From positions 124,001-188,000 of the forward strand of contig NIVC01001843.1 of assembly GCA_002269645.1 (NCBI GenBank): a DNA stretch of 64,000 nt, written 5' to 3'. Shown here piece by piece: positions 32,201 to 47,200 of this stretch. The translations under genes were made by a program, and so were the position numbers. The DNA comes from Macrostomum lignano. Its lineage: Eukaryota. Every line of letters begins with the position of its first letter. The stretch's first letter is position 1. Under the pieces are notes generated by a model. It did not search any database, was not told the DNA's origin, and worked only from the letters and a program-made list of their open reading frames with translations.

Positions 32201-35200
32201 ACTGATCTGAAGGTTGTTGAGTATCTCAACTGATCTGAAGGTTGTTGAGTATCTCAACTGATCTGAAGGTTGTTGAGTATCTCAACTGATCTGAAGGTTG
32301 TTGAGTATCTCAACTGATCTGAAGGTTGTTGAGTATCTCAACTGATCTGAGGTTGTTGAGTATCTCAACTGATCTGAGGTTGTTGAGTATCTCAACTGAT
32401 CTGAAGGTTGTTGAGTATCTCAACTGATCTGAGGTTGTTGAGTATCTCAACTGATCTGAGGTTGTTGAGTATCTCAACTGATCTGAGGTTGTTGAGTATC
32501 TCAACTGATCTGAGGTTGTTGAGTATCTCAACTGATCTGAAGGTTGTTGAGTATCTCAACTGATCTGAGGTTGTTGAGTATCTCAACTGATCTGAGGTTG
32601 TTGAGTATCTCAACTGATCTGAGGTTGTTGAGTATCTCAACTGATCTGAGGTTGTTGAGTATCTCAACTGATCTGAAGGTTGTTGAGTATCTCAACTGAT
32701 CTGAGGTTGTTGAGTATCTCAACTGATCTGAGGTTGTTGAGTATCTCAACTGATCTGAGGTTGTTGAGTATCTCAACTGATCTGAAGGTTGTTGAGTATC
32801 TCAACTGATCTGAGGTTGTTGAGTATCTCAACTGATCTGAGGTTGTTGAGTATCTCAACTGATCTGAAGGTTGTTGAGTATCTCAACTGATCTGAGGTTG
32901 TTGAGTATCTCAACTGATCTGAAGGTTGTTGAGTATCTCAACTGATCTGAGGTTGTTGAGTATCTCAACTGATCTGAGGTTGTTGAGTATCTCAACTGAT
33001 CTGAAGGTTGTTGAGTATCTCAACTGATCTGAGGTTGTTGAGTATCTCAACTGATCTGAGGTTGTTGAGTATCTCAACTGATCTGAAGGTTGTTGAGTAT
33101 CTCAACTGATCTGAGGTTGTTGAGTATCTCAACTGATCTGAGGTTGTTGAGTATCTCAACTGATCTGAAGGTTGTTGAGTATCTCAACTGATCTGAAGGT
33201 TGTTGAGTATCTCAACTGATCTGAAGGTTGTTGAGTATCTCAACTGATCTGAGGTTGTTGAGTATCTCAACTGATCTGAAGGTTGTTGAGTATCTCAACT
33301 GATCTGAAGGTTGTTGAGTATCTCAACTGATCTGAAGGTTGTTGAGTATCTCAACTGATCTGAGGTTGTTGAGTATCTCAACTGATCTGAGGTTGTTGAG
33401 TATCTCAACTGATCTGAAGGTTGTTGAGTATCTCAACTGATCTGAGGTTGTTGAGTATCTCAACTGATCTGAGGTTGTTGAGTATCTCAACTGATCTGAG
33501 GTTGTTGAGTATCTCAACTGATCTGAGGTTGTTGAGTATCTCAACTGATCTGAAGGTTGTTGAGTATCTCAACTGATCTGAGGTTGTTGAGTATCTCAAC
33601 TGATCTGAGGTTGTTGAGTATCTCAACTGATCTGAGGTTGTTGAGTATCTCAACTGATCTGAGGTTGTTGAGTATCTCAACTGATCTGAGGTTGTTGAGT
33701 ATCTCAACTGATCTGAGGTTGTTGAGTATCTCAACTGATCTGAGGTTGTTGAGTATCTCAACTGATCTGAGGTTGTTGAGTATCTCAACTGATCTGAAGG
33801 TTGTTGAGTATCTCAACTGATCTGAGGTTGTTGAGTATCTCAACTGATCTGAGGTTGTTGAGTATCTCAACTGATCTGAAGGTTGTTGAGTATCTCAACT
33901 GATCTGAGGTTGTTGAGTATCTCAACTGATCTGAAGGTTGTTGAGTATCTCAACTGATCTGAGGTTGTTGAGTATCTCAACTGATCTGAGGTTGTTGAGT
34001 ATCTCAACTGATCTGAAGGTTGTTGAGTATCTCAACTGATCTGAAGGTTGTTGAGTATCTCAACTGATCTGAAGGTTGTTGAGTATCTCAACTGATCTGA
34101 AGGTTGTTGAGTATCTCAACTGATCTGAAGGTTGTTGAGTATCTCAACTGATCTGAAGGTTGTTGAGTATCTCAACTGATCTGAGGTTGTTGAGTATCTC
34201 AACTGATCTGAAGGTTGTTGAGTATCTCAACTGATCTGAGGTTGTTGAGTATCTCAACTGATCTGAGGTTGTTGAGTATCTCAACTGATCTGAGGTTGTT
34301 GAGTATCTCAACTGATCTGAAGGTTGTTGAGTATCTCAACTGATCTGAGGTTGTTGAGTATCTCAACTGATCTGAAGGTTGTTGAGTATCTCAACTGATC
34401 TGAGGTTGTTGAGTATCTCAACTGATCTGAGGTTGTTGAGTATCTCAACTGATCTGAAGGTTGTTGAGTATCTCAACTGATCTGAGGTTGTTGAGTATCT
34501 CAACTGATCTGAAGGTTGTTGAGTATCTCAACTGATCTGAGGTTGTTGAGTATCTCAACTGATCTGAGGTTGTTGAGTATCTCAACTGATCTGAAGGTTG
34601 TTGAGTATCTCAACTGATCTGAGGTTGTTGAGTATCTCAACTGATCTGAGGTTGTTGAGTATCTCAACTGATCTGAAGGTTGTTGAGTATCTCAACTGAT
34701 CTGAGGTTGTTGAGTATCTCAACTGATCTGAGGTTGTTGAGTATCTCAACTGATCTGAAGGTTGTTGAGTATCTCAACTGATCTGAAGGTTGTTGAGTAT
34801 CTCAACTGATCTGAAGGTTGTTGAGTATCTCAACTGATCTGAGGTTGTTGAGTATCTCAACTGATCTGAAGGTTGTTGAGTATCTCAACTGATCTGAGGT
34901 TGTTGAGTATCTCAACTGATCTGAAGGTTGTTGAGTATCTCAACTGATCTGAAGGTTGTTGAGTATCTCAACTGATCTGAGGTTGTTGAGTATCTCAACT
35001 GATCTGAGGTTGTTGAGTATCTCAACTGATCTGAGGTTGTTGAGTATCTCAACTGATCTGAGGTTGTTGAGTATCTCAACTGATCTGAGGTTGTTGAGTA
35101 TCTCAACTGATCTGAGGTTGTTGAGTATCTCAACTGATCTGAAGGTTGTTGAGTATCTCAACTGATCTGAGGTTGTTGAGTATCTCAACTGATCTGAGGT

Positions 35201-38200
35201 TGTTGAGTATCTCAACTGATCTGAGGTTGTTGAGTATCTCAACTGATCTGAGGTTGTTGAGTATCTCAACTGATCTGAGGTTGTTGAGTATCTCAACTGA
35301 TCTGAGGTTGTTGAGTATCTCAACTGATCTGAAGGTTGTTGAGTATCTCAACTGATCTGAAGGTTGTTGAGTATCTCAACTGATCTGAAGGTTGTTGAGT
35401 ATCTCAACTGATCTGAAGGTTGTTGAGTATCTCAACTGATCTGAAGGTTGTTGAGTATCTCAACTGATCTGAAGGTTGTTGAGTATCTCAACTGATCTGA
35501 GGTTGTTGAGTATCTCAACTGATCTGAAGGTTGTTGAGTATCTCAACTGATCTGAAGGTTGTTGAGTATCTCAACTGATCTGAAGGTTGTTGAGTATCTC
35601 AACTGATCTGAAGGTTGTTGAGTATCTCAACTGATCTGAAGGTTGTTGAGTATCTCAACTGATCTGAGGTTGTTGAGTATCTCAACTGATCTGAGGTTGT
35701 TGAGTATCTCAACTGATCTGAAGGTTGTTGAGTATCTCAACTGATCTGAAGGTTGTTGAGTATCTCAACTGATCTGAGGTTGTTGAGTATCTCAACTGAT
35801 CTGAGGTTGTTGAGTATCTCAACTGATCTGAGGTTGTTGAGTATCTCAACTGATCTGAGGTTGTTGAGTATCTCAACTGATCTGAGGTTGTTGAGTATCT
35901 CAACTGATCTGAGGTTGTTGAGTATCTCAACTGATCTGAGGTTGTTGAGTATCTCAACTGATCTGAAGGTTGTTGAGTATCTCAACTGATCTGAAGGTTG
36001 TTGAGTATCTCAACTGATCTGAGGTTGTTGAGTATCTCAACTGATCTGAAGGTTGTTGAGTATCTCAACTGATCTGAAGGTTGTTGAGTATCTCAACTGA
36101 TCTGAAGGTTGTTGAGTATCTCAACTGATCTGAAGGTTGTGAGTATCTCAACTGAGTATCTCAACTGATCTGAAGGTTGTTGAGTATCTCAACTGATCTG
36201 AAGGTTGTTGAGTATCTCAACTGATCTGAAGGTTGTTGAGTATCTCAACTGATCTGAAGGTTGTTGAGTATCTCAACTGATCTGAAGGTTGTTGAGTATC
36301 TCAACTGATCTGAAGGTTGTTGAGTATCTCAACTGATCTGAAGGTTGTTGAGTATCTCAACTGATCTGAAGGTTGTTGAGTATCTCAACTGATCTGAGGT
36401 TGTTGAGTATCTCAACTGATCTGAGGTTGTTGAGTATCTCAACTGATCTGAGGTTGTTGAGTATCTCAACTGATCTGAGGTTGTTGAGTATCTCAACTGA
36501 TCTGAGGTTGTTGAGTATCTCAACTGATCTGAGGTTGTTGAGTATCTCAACTGATCTGAGGTTGTTGAGTATCTCAACTGATCTGAAGGTTGTTGAGTAT
36601 CTCAACTGATCTGAGGTTGTTGAGTATCTCAACTGATCTGAGGTTGTTGAGTATCTCAACTGATCTGAGGTTGTTGAGTATCTCAACTGATCTGAGGTTG
36701 TTGAGTATCTCAACTGATCTGAAGGTTGTTGAGTATCTCAACTGATCTGAGGTTGTTGAGTATCTCAACTGATCTGAGGTTGTTGAGTATCTCAACTGAT
36801 CTGAGGTTGTTGAGTATCTCAACTGATCTGAAGGTTGTTGAGTATCTCAACTGATTTGAGGTTGTTGAGTATCTCAACTGATCTGAAGGTTTCTGAGTAT
36901 CTCAACTGAGTATCTCAACTGATCTGAAGGTTGCTGAGTATCTCAACTGAGTATCTCAACTGATCTGAAGGTTGTTGAGTATCTCAACTGATCTGAAGGT
37001 TGTTGAGTATCTCAACTGATCTGAAGGTTGTTGAGTATCTCAACTGATCTGAAGGTTGTTGAGTATCTCAACTGATCTGAAGGTTGTTGAGTATCTCAAC
37101 TGATCTGAAGGTTGTTGAGTATCTCAACTGATCTGAGGTTGTTGAGTATCTCAACTGATCTGAAGGTTGTTGAGTATCTCAACTGATCTGAAGGTTGTTG
37201 AGTATCTCAACTGATCTGAGGTTGTTGAGTATCTCAACTGATCTGAAGGTTGTTGAGTATCTCAACTGATCTGAGGTTGTTGAGTATCTCAACTGATCTG
37301 AGGTTGTTGAGTATCTCAACTGATCTGAGGTTGTTGAGTATCTCAACTGATCTGAGGTTGTTGAGTATCTCAACTGATCTGAAGGTTGTTGAGTATCTCA
37401 ACTGATCTGAGGTTGTTGAGTATCTCAACTGATCTGAGGTTGTTGAGTATCTCAACTGATCTGAGGTTGTTGAGTATCTCAACTGATCTGAAGGTTGTTG
37501 AGTATCTCAACTGATCTGAGGTTGTTGAGTATCTCAACTGATCTGAAGGTTGTTGAGTATCTCAACTGATCTGAGGTTGTTGAGTATCTCAACTGATCTG
37601 AGGTTGTTGAGTATCTCAACTGATCTGAAGGTTGTTGAGTATCTCAACTGATCTGAAGGTTGTTGAGTATCTCAACTGATCTGAGGTTGTTGAGTATCTC
37701 AACTGATCTGAGGTTGTTGAGTATCTCAACTGATCTGAAGGTTGTTGAGTATCTCAACTGATCTGAGGTTGTTGAGTATCTCAACTGATCTGAAGGTTGT
37801 TGAGTATCTCAACTGATCTGAAGGTTGTTGAGTATCTCAACTGATCTGAGGTTGTTGAGTATCTCAACTGATCTGAAGGTTGTTGAGTATCTCAACTGAT
37901 CTGAAGGTTGTTGAGTATCTCAACTGATCTGAGGTTGTTGAGTATCTCAACTGATCTGAAGGTTGTTGAGTATCTCAACTGATCTGAAGGTTGTTGAGTA
38001 TCTCAACTGATCTGAAGGTTGTGAGTATCTCAACTGATCTGAAGGTTGTTGAGTATCTCAACTGATCTGAGGTTGTTGAGTATCTCAACTGATCTGAAGG
38101 TTGTTGAGTATCTCAACTGATCTGAAGGTTGTTGAGTATCTCAACTGATCTGAAGGTTGTTGAGTATCTCAACTGATCTGAGGTTGTTGAGTATCTCAAC

Positions 38201-41200
38201 TGATCTGAAGGTTGTTGAGTATCTCAACTGATCTGAAGGTTGTTGAGTATCTCAACTGATCTGAAGGTTGTTGAGTATCTCAACTGATCTGAAGGTTGTT
38301 GAGTATCTCAACTGATCTGAAGGTTGTTGAGTATCTCAACTGATCTGAAGGTTGTTGAGTATCTCAACTGATCTGAGGTTGTTGAGTATCTCAACTGATC
38401 TGAAGGTTGTTGAGTATCTCAACTGATCTGAAGGTTGTTGAGTATCTCAACTGATCTGAAGGTTGTTGAGTATCTCAACTGATCTGAGGTTGTTGAGTAT
38501 CTCAACTGATCTGAAGGTTGTTGAGTATCTCAACTGATCTGAGGTTGTTGAGTATCTCAACTGATCTGAGGTTGTTGAGTATCTCAACTGATCTGAAGGT
38601 TGTTGAGTATCTCAACTGATCTGAAGGTTGTTGAGTATCTCAACTGATCTGAGGTTGTTGAGTATCTCAACTGATCTGAGGTTGTTGAGTATCTCAACTG
38701 ATCTGAGGTTGTTGAGTATCTCAACTGATCTGAGGTTGTTGAGTATCTCAACTGATCTGAAGGTTGTTGAGTATCTCAACTGATCTGAAGGTTGTTGAGT
38801 ATCTCAACTGATCTGAGGTTGTTGAGTATCTCAACTGATCTGAGGTTGTTGAGTATCTCAACTGATCTGAGGTTGTTGAGTATCTCAACTGATCTGAAGG
38901 TTGTTGAGTATCTCAACTGATCTGAAGGTTGTTGAGTATCTCAACTGATCTGAGGTTGTTGAGTATCTCAACTGATCTGAAGGTTGTTGAGTATCTCAAC
39001 TGGTCTGAAGGTTGCTGAGTATCTCAACTGATCTGAAGGTTTCTGAGTATCTCAACTGAGTATCTCAACTGATCTGAAGGTTGCTGAGTATCTCAACTGA
39101 GTATCTCAACTGATCTGAAGGTTGTTGAGTATCTCAACTGATCTGAAGGTTGTTGAGTATCTCAACTGATCTGAGGTTGTTGAGTATCTCAACTGATCTG
39201 AGGTTGTTGAGTATCTCAACTGATCTGAAGGTTGTTGAGTATCTCAACTGATCTGAAGGTTGTTGAGTATCTCAACTGATCTGAGGTTGTTGAGTATCTC
39301 AACTGATCTGAAGGTTGTTGAGTATCTCAACTGATCTGAAGGTTGTTGAGTATCTCAACTGATCTGAGGTTGTTGAGTATCTCAACTGATCTGAAGGTTG
39401 TTGAGTATCTCAACTGATCTGAAGGTTGTTGAGTATCTCAACTGATCTGAAGGTTGTTGAGTATCTCAACTGATCTGAAGGTTGTTGAGTATCTCAACTG
39501 ATCTGAGGTTGTTGAGTATCTCAACTGATCTGAAGGTTGTTGAGTATCTCAACTGATCTGAAGGTTGTGAGTATCTCAACTGATCTGAAGGTTGTTGAGT
39601 ATCTCAACTGATCTGAGGTTGTTGAGTATCTCAACTGATCTGAAGGTTGTTGAGTATCTCAACTGATCTGAAGGTTGTTGAGTATCTCAACTGATCTGAA
39701 GGTTGTTGAGTATCTCAACTGATCTGAAGGTTGTTGAGTATCTCAACTGATCTGAAGGTTGTTGAGTATCTCAACTGATCTGAAGGTTGTTGAGTATCTC
39801 AACTGATCTGAGGTTGTTGAGTATCTCAACTGATCTGAAGGTTGTTGAGTATCTCAACTGATCTGAAGGTTGTTGAGTATCTCAACTGATCTGAAGGTTG
39901 TTGAGTATCTCAACTGATCTGAGGTTGTTGAGTATCTCAACTGATCTGAAGGTTGTTGAGTATCTCAACTGATCTGAGGTTGTTGAGTATCTCAACTGAT
40001 CTGAGGTTGTTGAGTATCTCAACTGATCTGAAGGTTGTTGAGTATCTCAACTGATCTGAAGGTTGTTGAGTATCTCAACTGATCTGAGGTTGTTGAGTAT
40101 CTCAACTGATCTGAGGTTGTTGAGTATCTCAACTGATCTGAGGTTGTTGAGTATCTCAACTGATCTGAGGTTGTTGAGTATCTCAACTGATCTGAAGGTT
40201 GTTGAGTATCTCAACTGATCTGAAGGTTGTTGAGTATCTCAACTGATCTGAGGTTGTTGAGTATCTCAACTGATCTGAGGTTGTTGAGTATCTCAACTGA
40301 TCTGAGGTTGTTGAGTATCTCAACTGATCTGAAGGTTGTTGAGTATCTCAACTGATCTGAAGGTTGTTGAGTATCTCAACTGATCTGAGGTTGTTGAGTA
40401 TCTCAACTGATCTGAAGGTTGTTGAGTATCTCAACTGATCTGAAGGTTGTTGAGTATCTCAACTGATCTGAAGGTTGTTGAGTATCTCAACTGATCTCAA
40501 CTGATCTGAGGTTGTTGAGTATCTCAACTGATCTGAAGGTTGTTGAGTATCTCAACTGATCTGAAGGTTGTTGAGTATCTCAACTGATCTGAAGGTTGTT
40601 GAGTATCTCAACTGATCTGAAGGTTGTTGAGTATCTCAACTGATCTGAAGGTTGTTGAGTATCTCAACTGATCTGAAGGTTGTTGAGTATCTCAACTGAT
40701 CTGAAGGTTGTTGAGTATCTCAACTGATCTGAAGGTTGTTGAGTATCTCAACTGATCTGAGGTTGTTGAGTATCTCAACTGATCTGAAGGTTGTTGAGTA
40801 TCTCAACTGATCTGAAGGTTGTTGAGTATCTCAACTGATCTGAAGGTTGTTGAGTATCTCAACTGATCTGAGGTTGTTGAGTATCTCAACTGATCTGAGG
40901 TTGTTGAGTATCTCAACTGATCTGAGGTTGTTGAGTATCTCAACTGATCTGAGGTTGTTGAGTATCTCAACTGATCTGAAGGTTGTTGAGTATCTCAACT
41001 GATCTGAGGTTGTTGAGTATCTCAACTGATCTGAGGTTGTTGAGTATCTCAACTGATCTGAGGTTGTTGAGTATCTCAACTGATCTGAGGTTGTTGAGTA
41101 TCTCAACTGATCTGAGGTTGTTGAGTATCTCAACTGATCTGAAGGTTGTTGAGTATCTCAACTGATCTGAAGGTTGTTGAGTATCTCAACTGATCTGAGG

Positions 41201-44200
41201 TTGTTGAGTATCTCAACTGATCTGAGGTTGTTGAGTATCTCAACTGATCTGAGGTTGTTGAGTATCTCAACTGATCTGAAGGTTGTTGAGTATCTCAACT
41301 GATCTGAAGGTTGTTGAGTATCTCAACTGATCTGAAGGTTGTTGAGTATCTCAACTGATCTGAGGTTGTTGAGTATCTCAACTGATCTGAAGGTTGTTGA
41401 GTATCTCAACTGATCTGAAGGTTGTTGAGTATCTCAACTGATCTGATCTGAGGTTGTTGAGTATCTCAACTGATCTGAAGGTTGTTGAGTATCTCAACTG
41501 ATCTGAAGGTTGTTGAGTATCTCAACTGATCTGAAGGTTGTTGAGTATCTCAACTGATCTGAAGGTTGTTGAGTATCTCAACTGATCTGAAGGTTGTTGA
41601 GTATCTCAACTGATCTGAAGGTTGTTGAGTATCTCAACTGATCTGAAGGTTGTTGAGTATCTCAACTGATCTGAGGTTGTTGAGTATCTCAACTGATCTG
41701 AGGTTGTTGAGTATCTCAACTGATCTGAAGGTTGTTGAGTATCTCAACTGATCTGAGGTTGTTGAGTATCTCAACTGATCTGAGGTTGTTGAGTATCTCA
41801 ACTGATCTGAGGTTGTTGAGTATCTCAACTGATCTGAGGTTGTTGAGTATCTCAACTGATCTGAGGTTGTTGAGTATCTCAACTGATCTGAGGTTGTTGA
41901 GTATCTCAACTGATCTGAGGTTGTTGAGTATCTCAACTGATCTGAGGTTGTTGAGTATCTCAACTGATCTGAGGTTGTTGAGTATCTCAACTGATCTGAG
42001 GTTGTTGAGTATCTCAACTGATCTGAGGTTGTTGAGTATCTCAACTGATCTGAGGTTGTTGAGTATCTCAACTGATCTGAGGTTGTTGAGTATCTCAACT
42101 GATCTGAAGGTTGTTGAGTATCTCAACTGATCTGAGGTTGTTGAGTATCTCAACTGATCTGAGGTTGTTGAGTATCTCAACTGATCTGAAGGTTGTTGAG
42201 TATCTCAACTGATCTGAGGTTGTTGAGTATCTCAACTGATCTGAGGTTGTTGAGTATCTCAACTGATCTGAAGGTTGTTGAGTATCTCAACTGATCTGAG
42301 GTTGTTGAGTATCTCAACTGATCTGAGGTTGTTGAGTATCTCAACTGATCTGAAGGTTGTTGAGTATCTCAACTGATCTGAGGTTGTTGAGTATCTCAAC
42401 TGATCTGAGGTTGTTGAGTATCTCAACTGATCTGAAGGTTGTTGAGTATCTCAACTGATCTGAAGGTTGTTGAGTATCTCAACTGATCTGAAGGTTGTTG
42501 AGTATCTCAACTGATCTGAGGTTGTTGAGTATCTCAACTGATCTGAAGGTTGTTGAGTATCTCAACTGATCTGAAGGTTGTTGAGTATCTCAACTGATCT
42601 GAAGGTTGTTGAGTATCTCAACTGATCTGAAGGTTGTTGAGTATCTCAACTGATCTGAAGGTTGTTGAGTATCTCAACTGATCTGATCTGAGGTTGTTGA
42701 GTATCTCAACTGATCTGAAGGTTGTTGAGTATCTCAACTGATCTGAAGGTTGTTGAGTATCTCAACTGATCTGAGGTTGTTGAGTATCTCAACTGATCTG
42801 AAGGTTGTTGAGTATCTCAACTGATCTGAAGGTTGTTGAGTATCTCAACTGATCTGAAGGTTGTTGAGTATCTCAACTGATCTGAAGGTTGTTGAGTATC
42901 TCAACTGATCTGAGGTTGTTGAGTATCTCAACTGATCTGAGGTTGTTGAGTATCTCAACTGATCTGAGGTTGTTGAGTATCTCAACTGATCTGAGGTTGT
43001 TGAGTATCTCAACTGATCTGAGGTTGTTGAGTATCTCAACTGATCTGAGGTTGTTGAGTATCTCAACTGATCTGAGGTTGTTGAGTATCTCAACTGATCT
43101 GAGGTTGTTGAGTATCTCAACTGATCTGAGGTTGTTGAGTATCTCAACTGATCTGAGGTTGTTGAGTATCTCAACTGATCTGAGGTTGTTGAGTATCTCA
43201 ACTGATCTGAGGTTGTTGAGTATCTCAACTGATCTGAGGTTGTTGAGTATCTCAACTGATCTGAGGTTGTTGAGTATCTCAACTGATCTGAGGTTGTTGA
43301 GTATCTCAACTGATCTGAGGTTGTTGAGTATCTCAACTGATCTGAGGTTGTTGAGTATCTCAACTGATCTGAGGTTGTTGAGTATCTCAACTGATCTGAG
43401 GTTGTTGAGTATCTCAACTGATCTGAGGTTGTTGAGTATCTCAACTGATCTGAGGTTGTTGAGTATCTCAACTGATCTGAGGTTGTTGAGTATCTCAACT
43501 GATCTGAAGGTTGTTGAGTATCTCAACTGATCTGAGGTTGTTGAGTATCTCAACTGATCTGAGGTTGTTGAGTATCTCAACTGATCTGAGGTTGTTGAGT
43601 ATCTCAACTGATCTGAAGGTTGTTGAGTATCTCAACTGATCTGAGGTTGTTGAGTATCTCAACTGATCTGAGGTTGTTGAGTATCTCAACTGATCTGAGG
43701 TTGTTGAGTATCTCAACTGATCTGAGGTTGTTGAGTATCTCAACTGATCTGAGGTTGTTGAGTATCTCAACTGATCTGAGGTTGTTGAGTATCTCAACTG
43801 ATCTGAGGTTGTTGAGTATCTCAACTGATCTGAGGTTGTTGAGTATCTCAACTGATCTGAAGGTTGTTGAGTATCTCAACTGATCTGAGGTTGTTGAGTA
43901 TCTCAACTGATCTGAGGTTGTTGAGTATCTCAACTGATCTGAGGTTGTTGAGTATCTCAACTGATCTGAGGTTGTTGAGTATCTCAACTGATCTGAGGTT
44001 GTTGAGTATCTCAACTGATCTGAAGGTTGTTGAGTATCTCAACTGATCTGAGGTTGTTGAGTATCTCAACTGATCTGAGGTTGTTGAGTATCTCAACTGA
44101 TCTGAAGGTTGTTGAGTATCTCAACTGATCTGAAGGTTGTTGAGTATCTCAACTGATCTGAAGGTTGTTGAGTATCTCAACTGATCTGAAGGTTGTTGAG

Positions 44201-47200
44201 TATCTCAACTGATCTGAAGGTTGTTGAGTATCTCAACTGATCTGAAGGTTGTTGAGTATCTCAACTGATCTGAAGGTTGTTGAGTATCTCAACTGATCTG
44301 AAGGTTGTTGAGTATCTCAACTGATCTGAGGTTGTTGAGTATCTCAACTGATCTGAAGGTTGTTGAGTATCTCAACTGATCTGAGGTTGTTGAGTATCTC
44401 AACTGATCTGAGGTTGTTGAGTATCTCAACTGATCTGAGGTTGTTGAGTATCTCAACTGATCTGAGGTTGTTGAGTATCTCAACTGATCTGAGGTTGTTG
44501 AGTATCTCAACTGATCTGAGGTTGTTGAGTATCTCAACTGATCTGAGGTTGTTGAGTATCTCAACTGATCTGAGGTTGTTGAGTATCTCAACTGATCTGA
44601 AGGTTGTTGAGTATCTCAACTGATCTGAAGGTTGTTGAGTATCTCAACTGATCTGAAGGTTGTTGAGTATCTCAACTGATCTGAAGGTTGTTGAGTATCT
44701 CAACTGATCTGAAGGTTGTTGAGTATCTCAACTGATCTGAAGGTTGTTGAGTATCTCAACTGATCTGAGGTTGTTGAGTATCTCAACTGATCTGAAGGTT
44801 GTTGAGTATCTCAACTGATCTGAGGTTGTTGAGTATCTCAACTGATCTGAGGTTGTTGAGTATCTCAACTGATCTGAGGTTGTTGAGTATCTCAACTGAT
44901 CTGAGGTTGTTGAGTATCTCAACTGATCTGAAGGTTGTTGAGTATCTCAACTGATCTGAGGTTGTTGAGTATCTCAACTGATCTGAGGTTGTTGAGTATC
45001 TCAACTGATCTGAGGTTGTTGAGTATCTCAACTGATCTGAGGTTGTTGAGTATCTCAACTGATCTGAGGTTGTTGAGTATCTCAACTGATCTGAGGTTGT
45101 TGAGTATCTCAACTGATCTGAGGTTGTTGAGTATCTCAACTGATCTGAGGTTGTTGAGTATCTCAACTGATCTGAGGTTGTTGAGTATCTCAACTGATCT
45201 GAGGTTGTTGAGTATCTCAACTGATCTGAAGGTTGTTGAGTATCTCAACTGATCTGAGGTTGTTGAGTATCTCAACTGATCTGAGGTTGTTGAGTATCTC
45301 AACTGATCTGAGGTTGTTGAGTATCTCAACTGATCTGAAGGTTGTTGAGTATCTCAACTGATCTGAAGGTTGTTGAGTATCTCAACTGATCTGAAGGTTG
45401 TTGAGTATCTCAACTGATCTGAAGGTTGTTGAGTATCTCAACTGATCTGAAGGTTGTTGAGTATCTCAACTGATCTGAAGGTTGTTGAGTATCTCAACTG
45501 ATCTGAAGGTTGTTGAGTATCTCAACTGATCTGAAGGTTGTTGAGTATCTCAACTGATCTGAGGTTGTTGAGTATCTCAACTGATCTGAAGGTTGTTGAG
45601 TATCTCAACTGATCTGAGGTTGTTGAGTATCTCAACTGATCTGAGGTTGTTGAGTATCTCAACTGATCTGAGGTTGTTGAGTATCTCAACTGATCTGAGG
45701 TTGTTGAGTATCTCAACTGATCTGAGGTTGTTGAGTATCTCAACTGATCTGAGGTTGTTGAGTATCTCAACTGATCTGAGGTTGTTGAGTATCTCAACTG
45801 ATCTGAGGTTGTTGAGTATCTCAACTGATCTGAGGTTGTTGAGTATCTCAACTGATCTGAGGTTGTTGAGTATCTCAACTGATCTGAGGTTGTTGAGTAT
45901 CTCAACTGATCTGAAGGTTGTTGAGTATCTCAACTGATCTGAAGGTTGTTGAGTATCTCAACTGATCTGAAGGTTGTTGAGTATCTCAACTGATCTGAAG
46001 GTTGTTGAGTATCTCAACTGATCTGAAGGTTGTGAGTATCTCAACTGATCTGAAGGTTGTTGAGTATCTCAACTGATCTGAAGGTTGTTGAGTATCTCAA
46101 CTGATCTGAAGGTTGTTGAGTATCTCAACTGATCTGAAGGTTGTTGAGTATCTCAACTGATCTGAAGGTTGTTGAGTATCTCAACTGATCTGAGGTTGTT
46201 GAGTATCTCAACTGATCTGAGGTTGTTGAGTATCTCAACTGATCTGAGGTTGTTGAGTATCTCAACTGATCTGAGGTTGTTGAGTATCTCAACTGATCTG
46301 AAGGTTGTTGAGTATCTCAACTGATCTGAAGGTTGTTGAGTATCTCAACTGATCTGAGGTTGTTGAGTATCTCAACTGATCTGAGGTTGTTGAGTATCTC
46401 AACTGATCTGAGGTTGTTGAGTATCTCAACTGATCTGAGGTTGTTGAGTATCTCAACTGATCTGAAGGTTGTTGAGTATCTCAACTGATCTGAAGGTTGT
46501 TGAGTATCTCAACTGATCTGAGGTTGTTGAGTATCTCAACTGATCTGAGGTTGTTGAGTATCTCAACTGATCTGAGGTTGTTGAGTATCTCAACTGATCT
46601 GAAGGTTGTTGAGTATCTCAACTGATCTGAGGTTGTTGAGTATCTCAACTGATCTGAGGTTGTTGAGTATCTCAACTGATCTGAGGTTGTTGAGTATCTC
46701 AACTGATCTGAAGGTTGTTGAGTATCTCAACTGATCTGAAGGTTGTTGAGTATCTCAACTGATCTGAAGGTTGTTGAGTATCTCAACTGATCTGAAGGTT
46801 GTTGAGTATCTCAACTGATCTGAAGGTTGTTGAGTATCTCAACTGAGTCTCAACTGATCTGAAGGTTGTTGAGTATCTCAACTGATCTGAAGGTTGTTGA
46901 GTATCTCAACTGATCTGAAGGTTGTTGAGTATCTCAACTGATCTGAAGGTTGTTGAGTATCTCAACTGATCTGAAGGTTGTTGAGTATCTCAACTGATCT
47001 GAAGGTTGTTGAGTATCTCAACTGATCTGAAGGTTGTTGAGTATCTCAACTGATCTGAAGGTTGTTGAGTATCTCAACTGATCTGAGGTTGTTGAGTATC
47101 TCAACTGATCTGAGGTTGTTGAGTATCTCAACTGATCTGAAGGTTGTTGAGTATCTCAACTGATCTGAGGTTGTTGAGTATCTCAACTGATCTGAGGTTG